Shown: positions 60,667-64,000 of the stretch, one piece after another
Layout of the letters: each line of letters starts with the position of its first letter
How positions within the stretch are numbered: position 1 is the stretch's first letter
Source of the DNA: a virus
Lineage: Duplodnaviria > Caudoviricetes
Length of the DNA: 64,000 nt
Virus record (IMG/VR): IMGVR_UViG_3300028591_000118
Location: 1 to 64,000 of that record
Strand: one strand, 5' to 3'
Made by a program: the position numbers and the translations under genes
Notes under the pieces: generated by a model
Database searches by the model: none
Seen by the model: the letters and a program-made list of their open reading frames with translations, nothing else
What the model was told of the DNA's origin: nothing

Positions 60667-60702
60667 ATGTTGAACAAAAATTCAGAAAGAGAACTTGCAT
60701 AA
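60667..60702 (+). pseudogene. Orphaned original 5' end of the RNA ligase gene (MLNKNSERELA*)
   Basis: Has its own GAGG RBS and aligns with MLDKSGIRQLC, the start of 61776. Confidence 0.6.
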
Positions 60703-60783
60703 AATTTTTGGTCAGTCCTCGTTTATTATCTTTCTTTAACTTTTATATATTTATGAAAGATAAAATGAAAGGAACAAAATATT

Positions 60784-61773
60784 ATGGCAAAAGCTATTGA
60801 TTTAACAGGTCAAAAATTTAATCATTTAACAGTAATAGAACGAGATTTTGAAATTCAAAAAGAACATCCAAATGAACGACAAGCTTGGTGGAAAGTTTAT
60901 TGCGATGTTTGTGGACAAACAAAAAGTTTAAGAGCTAGTATTATTAAAAAAGCTCAAACTTGTGGTTGTAAAGGAAATAATGATAAAAATCCTCGGAAAC
61001 CAATTCAAATAAAACCAAAAAATATAGAAAATTTTAGAGGAATTAATTTAGAAGGACAACGATTTACAAGATTAGTTGTTTTAGAATATGCAGATGAACA
61101 ACATCAAATATTTTATAATAAAGTTCATCAAAATACTTGGAAATGTCAATGTGATTGTGGAAATATATATTATGCAACTACAGAATGTTTAAAAAGGGGT
61201 GACACTCCTTCTTGTGGTTGTATTACAAAAGAAAATAGACGAGCTCAATTAAAAGATTTATCAGGACAACGATTTGGACATTTAACTGTATTAAAATTTT
61301 TAGGAACTGTTAATCGTAATTCTAAATATTTAGTTAAATGTGATTGTGGTAAAGAATATGAAATTTATGCTCAAAATTTAACTCAAGGAAATACTATTAG
61401 TTGTGGTTGTACTAAAGAATCTCATGGAGAACAAAAAATTAGAGAAATTTTAACTTTAAATAATATTCAATTTGAAAATCAAAAAAGTTTTTCAAATTTT
61501 TATTATTCTGATACTAATGGTAAACCAAAATATGATTTTTATTTACCTAAATATAATATTTTAATTGAATATGATGGTGAACAACATTTTAAACCAATTT
61601 TTACTTGGGATAATGAAGATAGATTTAAACAAAGACAATTACACGATAAAATAAAAAATGATTATGCAATAAAACATAATTTTATTTTAATTAGAATACC
61701 ATATACACATTATAATAATTTATGTTTAAAAGATTTATTAAAAGAAAGTGATTTTATAGTAAAAGGAGAATAA
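60784..61773 (+). mobile_element. Free-standing homing-endonuclease-like gene
   Basis: Three (D/N)LxGQ(K/R)FxxLxV...C(x)CG repeats and a C-terminal Vsr/DUF559-like nuclease (KYDFYLP..ILIEYDGEQHF...IPY); very AT-rich. Confidence 0.8.
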
Positions 61774-61775
61774 TT

Positions 61776-63023
61776 ATGTTAGATAAATCAGGCATTCGAC
61801 AATTATGTTATGTAGTTAATGTTGATGAGATAAAACCAATTCCCGGTCGTGATAGAGTAGAATGTGCTAGAATTGGCGGTTGGACTTGTATGGTTCCTAA
61901 GGGGGCTTTTCAGCCAGGAGACCCCGGTATATATTTTGAGATAGATAGTCAGGTACCTCTTGATAATCCAGTATTTGAGTTTTGTGCGAAATATAAAGGA
62001 CATATCAAGACACAGAAGTTTAAGACTCCTGAGGGACAGTTCTGGTCACAGGGGCTCCTGATGCCTGCCGCAGATTTTGGTTGGTTTGTAGCCTATACTG
62101 ATGAATATAATTATATCTATGATAAAGAAGGTAACTCTTATCAGCCTGGGACTGATTCTGCTTTTCTTACTGAAAAACTTGGTGTAACTTATTATGAGGT
62201 AGAAGATAATAAGAGAAAAGCAAAAGTAAATCCTGACGCTAAGATAAATGCTGCTTTAGCTAGACATCCTAAATTAGCAAAGAAATATGGTAAATTTATT
62301 AAAAAGTATAAGTGGGCAAAAGCTATATTCTTATTTATCTTTGGAAGAAAGAAACCTTCTAGCTGGCCTGCTGAAGTAAAAAAGACTGATGAAGAAAGAA
62401 TAGAAAATAGACTCTTTACTCTTGAAGCTAGAGATTTGAAATGGATAGCTACTGAAAAGATAGATGGATCTAGCTCAACTTATCATCTTCGTAGAGGTAA
62501 TAAGTTTAAGAAACCCGAATATTTTGTATGTAGCAGAAATGTTGTTTTTGATACTCCTGAAAAAGCTAAAAAGAATTATTATGCTGATACAATAGGAAGT
62601 AATATTTGGATTGAAATGTCTGAAAAATATGACATAAAGAATAAACTTCAGCAGTTGCTTGATGAAAGACCTAGTGCTAATTGGGTTACCCTTCAGGGAG
62701 AAACTTTTGGGGCAGGCGTTCAGAAGCGTGATTATGGTATGAAGGATCGTGACTTTAGAGCATTTAATCTTATATATTCAGATTGTGGTAGAGTTGATAC
62801 TCTTACTATGAAAAATATACTGGACAAAGTGGGAATACCTTCTGTTCCTATCATAGCAAAAATTCAACTTCCTGTAACAATAGATCGGTTAAGAGATTAT
62901 GTTCATAAGCAGAAGTCTGAAATAGATGGCGGGATGCGAGAAGGCATAGTCTTCCGTAGCCTTGATGGAACTGACAGTTTTAAGTGTGTAGATCCAGAGT
63001 ATTTAATGAAATATCATGGATAA
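61776..63023 (+). CDS. RNA ligase (DRB0094/Rnl2-like)
   Basis: IYFEIDS N-domain, motif I TEKIDGSS, LQGE, REGIV and SFK. Confidence 0.88.
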   Translation: MLDKSGIRQLCYVVNVDEIKPIPGRDRVECARIGGWTCMVPKGAFQPGDPGIYFEIDSQVPLDNPVFEFCAKYKGHIKTQKFKTPEGQFWSQGLLMPAADFGWFVAYTDEYNYIYDKEGNSYQPGTDSAFLTEKLGVTYYEVEDNKRKAKVNPDAKINAALARHPKLAKKYGKFIKKYKWAKAIFLFIFGRKKPSSWPAEVKKTDEERIENRLFTLEARDLKWIATEKIDGSSSTYHLRRGNKFKKPEYFVCSRNVVFDTPEKAKKNYYADTIGSNIWIEMSEKYDIKNKLQQLLDERPSANWVTLQGETFGAGVQKRDYGMKDRDFRAFNLIYSDCGRVDTLTMKNILDKVGIPSVPIIAKIQLPVTIDRLRDYVHKQKSEIDGGMREGIVFRSLDGTDSFKCVDPEYLMKYHG

Positions 63024-63097
63024 TTGCAAGCGGGAGGGATCTCCTTCCCGCTTGACAAAATAAAAAATTTTTGTTATAATATAATAAAGATAATAAT

Positions 63098-63343
63098 ATG
63101 AATATAAATTTAGAGATTAATGATTTAAAAACAACTATAGATGGATTAAATAATGCTATTATTGCTTATAGTGATATTAGAAGGGCTATTTGGTTAATGG
63201 GCGGAGTTCCTGAAGGAATGAATCCAAAATGGAATAAAGTTATTAATAAAGAAGCAAATTCTTTTGACGATTTAGTATCAAAATTTGATGAAAGAATAAA
63301 AGCATTAAAAGAAATTTATAATCAATTAATAAAAATGGAATAA
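63098..63343 (+). CDS. Hypothetical protein
   Basis: SigA promoter; weak RBS. Confidence 0.55.
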   Translation: MNINLEINDLKTTIDGLNNAIIAYSDIRRAIWLMGGVPEGMNPKWNKVINKEANSFDDLVSKFDERIKALKEIYNQLIKME

Positions 63344-63350
63344 TAATATT

Positions 63351-63422
63351 GCCGTCGTGGCTCAATGGCAGAGCAACGCACCTGTAATGCGTAGGTTGTG
63401 GGTTCGACTCCCTCCGGCGGCT
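63351..63422 (+). tRNA. tRNA-Thr(TGT), C at position 33
   Basis: ACGCA-CCTGTAA-TGCGT; acceptor GCCGTCG/CGGCGGC. Confidence 0.8.
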
Positions 63423-63430
63423 TTAAATAA

Positions 63431-63469
63431 TGGGGTGTGGCTCAGTTTGGCAGAGCGCTAGATTTGGGT
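63431..63469 (+). tRNA. 5' half of tRNA-Pro(TGG), interrupted at the end of the anticodon loop
   Basis: TGGGGTGTGGCTCAGTTTGGCAGAGCGCTAGATTTGGGT is followed by unrelated sequence; no 3' half in the window. Confidence 0.75.
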
Positions 63470-63501
63470 GAAAAACTTTAATATAAATTAGTTATTTCTC
63501 T

Positions 63502-64000
63502 ATGGATGAAACATTAATCCGAGGAGATGTGAATGAACTCCAATGTATTTTAGATTTTCAAAAAAGAGGTTTTTATTGTAGTATTCCCTTTAGTGGATCT
63601 TGTCGTTATGATTTAGTAGTAGATATAAATAATAATTTATATCGTATTCAATGTAAATCTTCTGTTTATCATCAAGAAGATGGTACATTAAGAATGTCTA
63701 CTACGCGACAAACTACTAATACACAAAAAACTACAAAATATTCTTATTCTAAAGAAGAAATTGATTATTTTTATACTTCTTGGAAAGAGTACAGTTTTTT
63801 AATTCCTGTTGAAGAAGCTTCTACAGAAAAATATTTAAGAGTAGAACCTCCAAAAAATGGAATTCAAGCAACAATGTCTATTGCTCATGATTATTTATTA
63901 GATAATGTAATAGAATCAATTAAAAATAACAAACCTATATCTAAATATATAAATAATCGTTTTATTTCTTATTCTGAAAATGAGCCAGAAAAATTATGGA
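63502..64000 (+). CDS. Group-I-intron-type PD-(D/E)XK homing endonuclease (I-Ssp6803I-like), partial
   Basis: RGDVNE...SIPF...RYDLVVD...RIQCKSS...IDYF; open to the window end. Confidence 0.8.
   Translation, partial: MDETLIRGDVNELQCILDFQKRGFYCSIPFSGSCRYDLVVDINNNLYRIQCKSSVYHQEDGTLRMSTTRQTTNTQKTTKYSYSKEEIDYFYTSWKEYSFLIPVEEASTEKYLRVEPPKNGIQATMSIAHDYLLDNVIESIKNNKPISKYINNRFISYSENEPEKLW

Noticed and set aside
2206-62003. Many short antisense or nested ORFs in the track (e.g. 2206, 17058, 21019, 22452, 34726, 37702, 47041, 61803)
   Set aside because: Shadows of real genes on the opposite strand or in another frame, without RBS or promoter.

Overview
AT-rich segment of a large tailed dsDNA phage in the standard genetic code. 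The host is probably a motile Clostridia/Lachnospiraceae-type Firmicute, inferred from the SigA promoters, strong GGAGG/GAGAGG RBSs and a FliD homologue. Layout: (1) 1-9.6 kb, minus-strand head and packaging operon (terminase, portal, protease/scaffold, major capsid). (2) About 9.7-24 kb, an early/host-takeover-like region of small genes, each with its own strong SigA promoter. The genes are separated by two zones of recurring non-coding elements: GC-rich hairpins with long promoter-containing inverted repeats, then CACGTG + TACGCAATGCGTA boxes. (3) 24.6-26.6 kb, an inverted RHH/initiator-like operon with TCTGTACAGA iteron-like repeats. (4) 27-41.7 kb, mosaic small genes plus a kinase, peptidases and a cell-wall hydrolase. 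(5) 41.7-44.6 kb, a dense RNA island with tRNAs, two anticodon-degenerate tRNA-like RNAs and a ~640-nt ROOL-like RNA. (6) 45-56.6 kb, an array of paralogous fibre/receptor-binding proteins. (7) A stand-alone flagellar cap gene (fliD), a phosphoesterase, an RNA ligase whose 5' end was displaced by a homing endonuclease, and a tRNA-Pro cut off by a PD-(D/E)XK endonuclease gene. The hexamer GCGGGA/TCCCGC is strongly enriched throughout. All family assignments come from motif recognition by eye, not from database searches.
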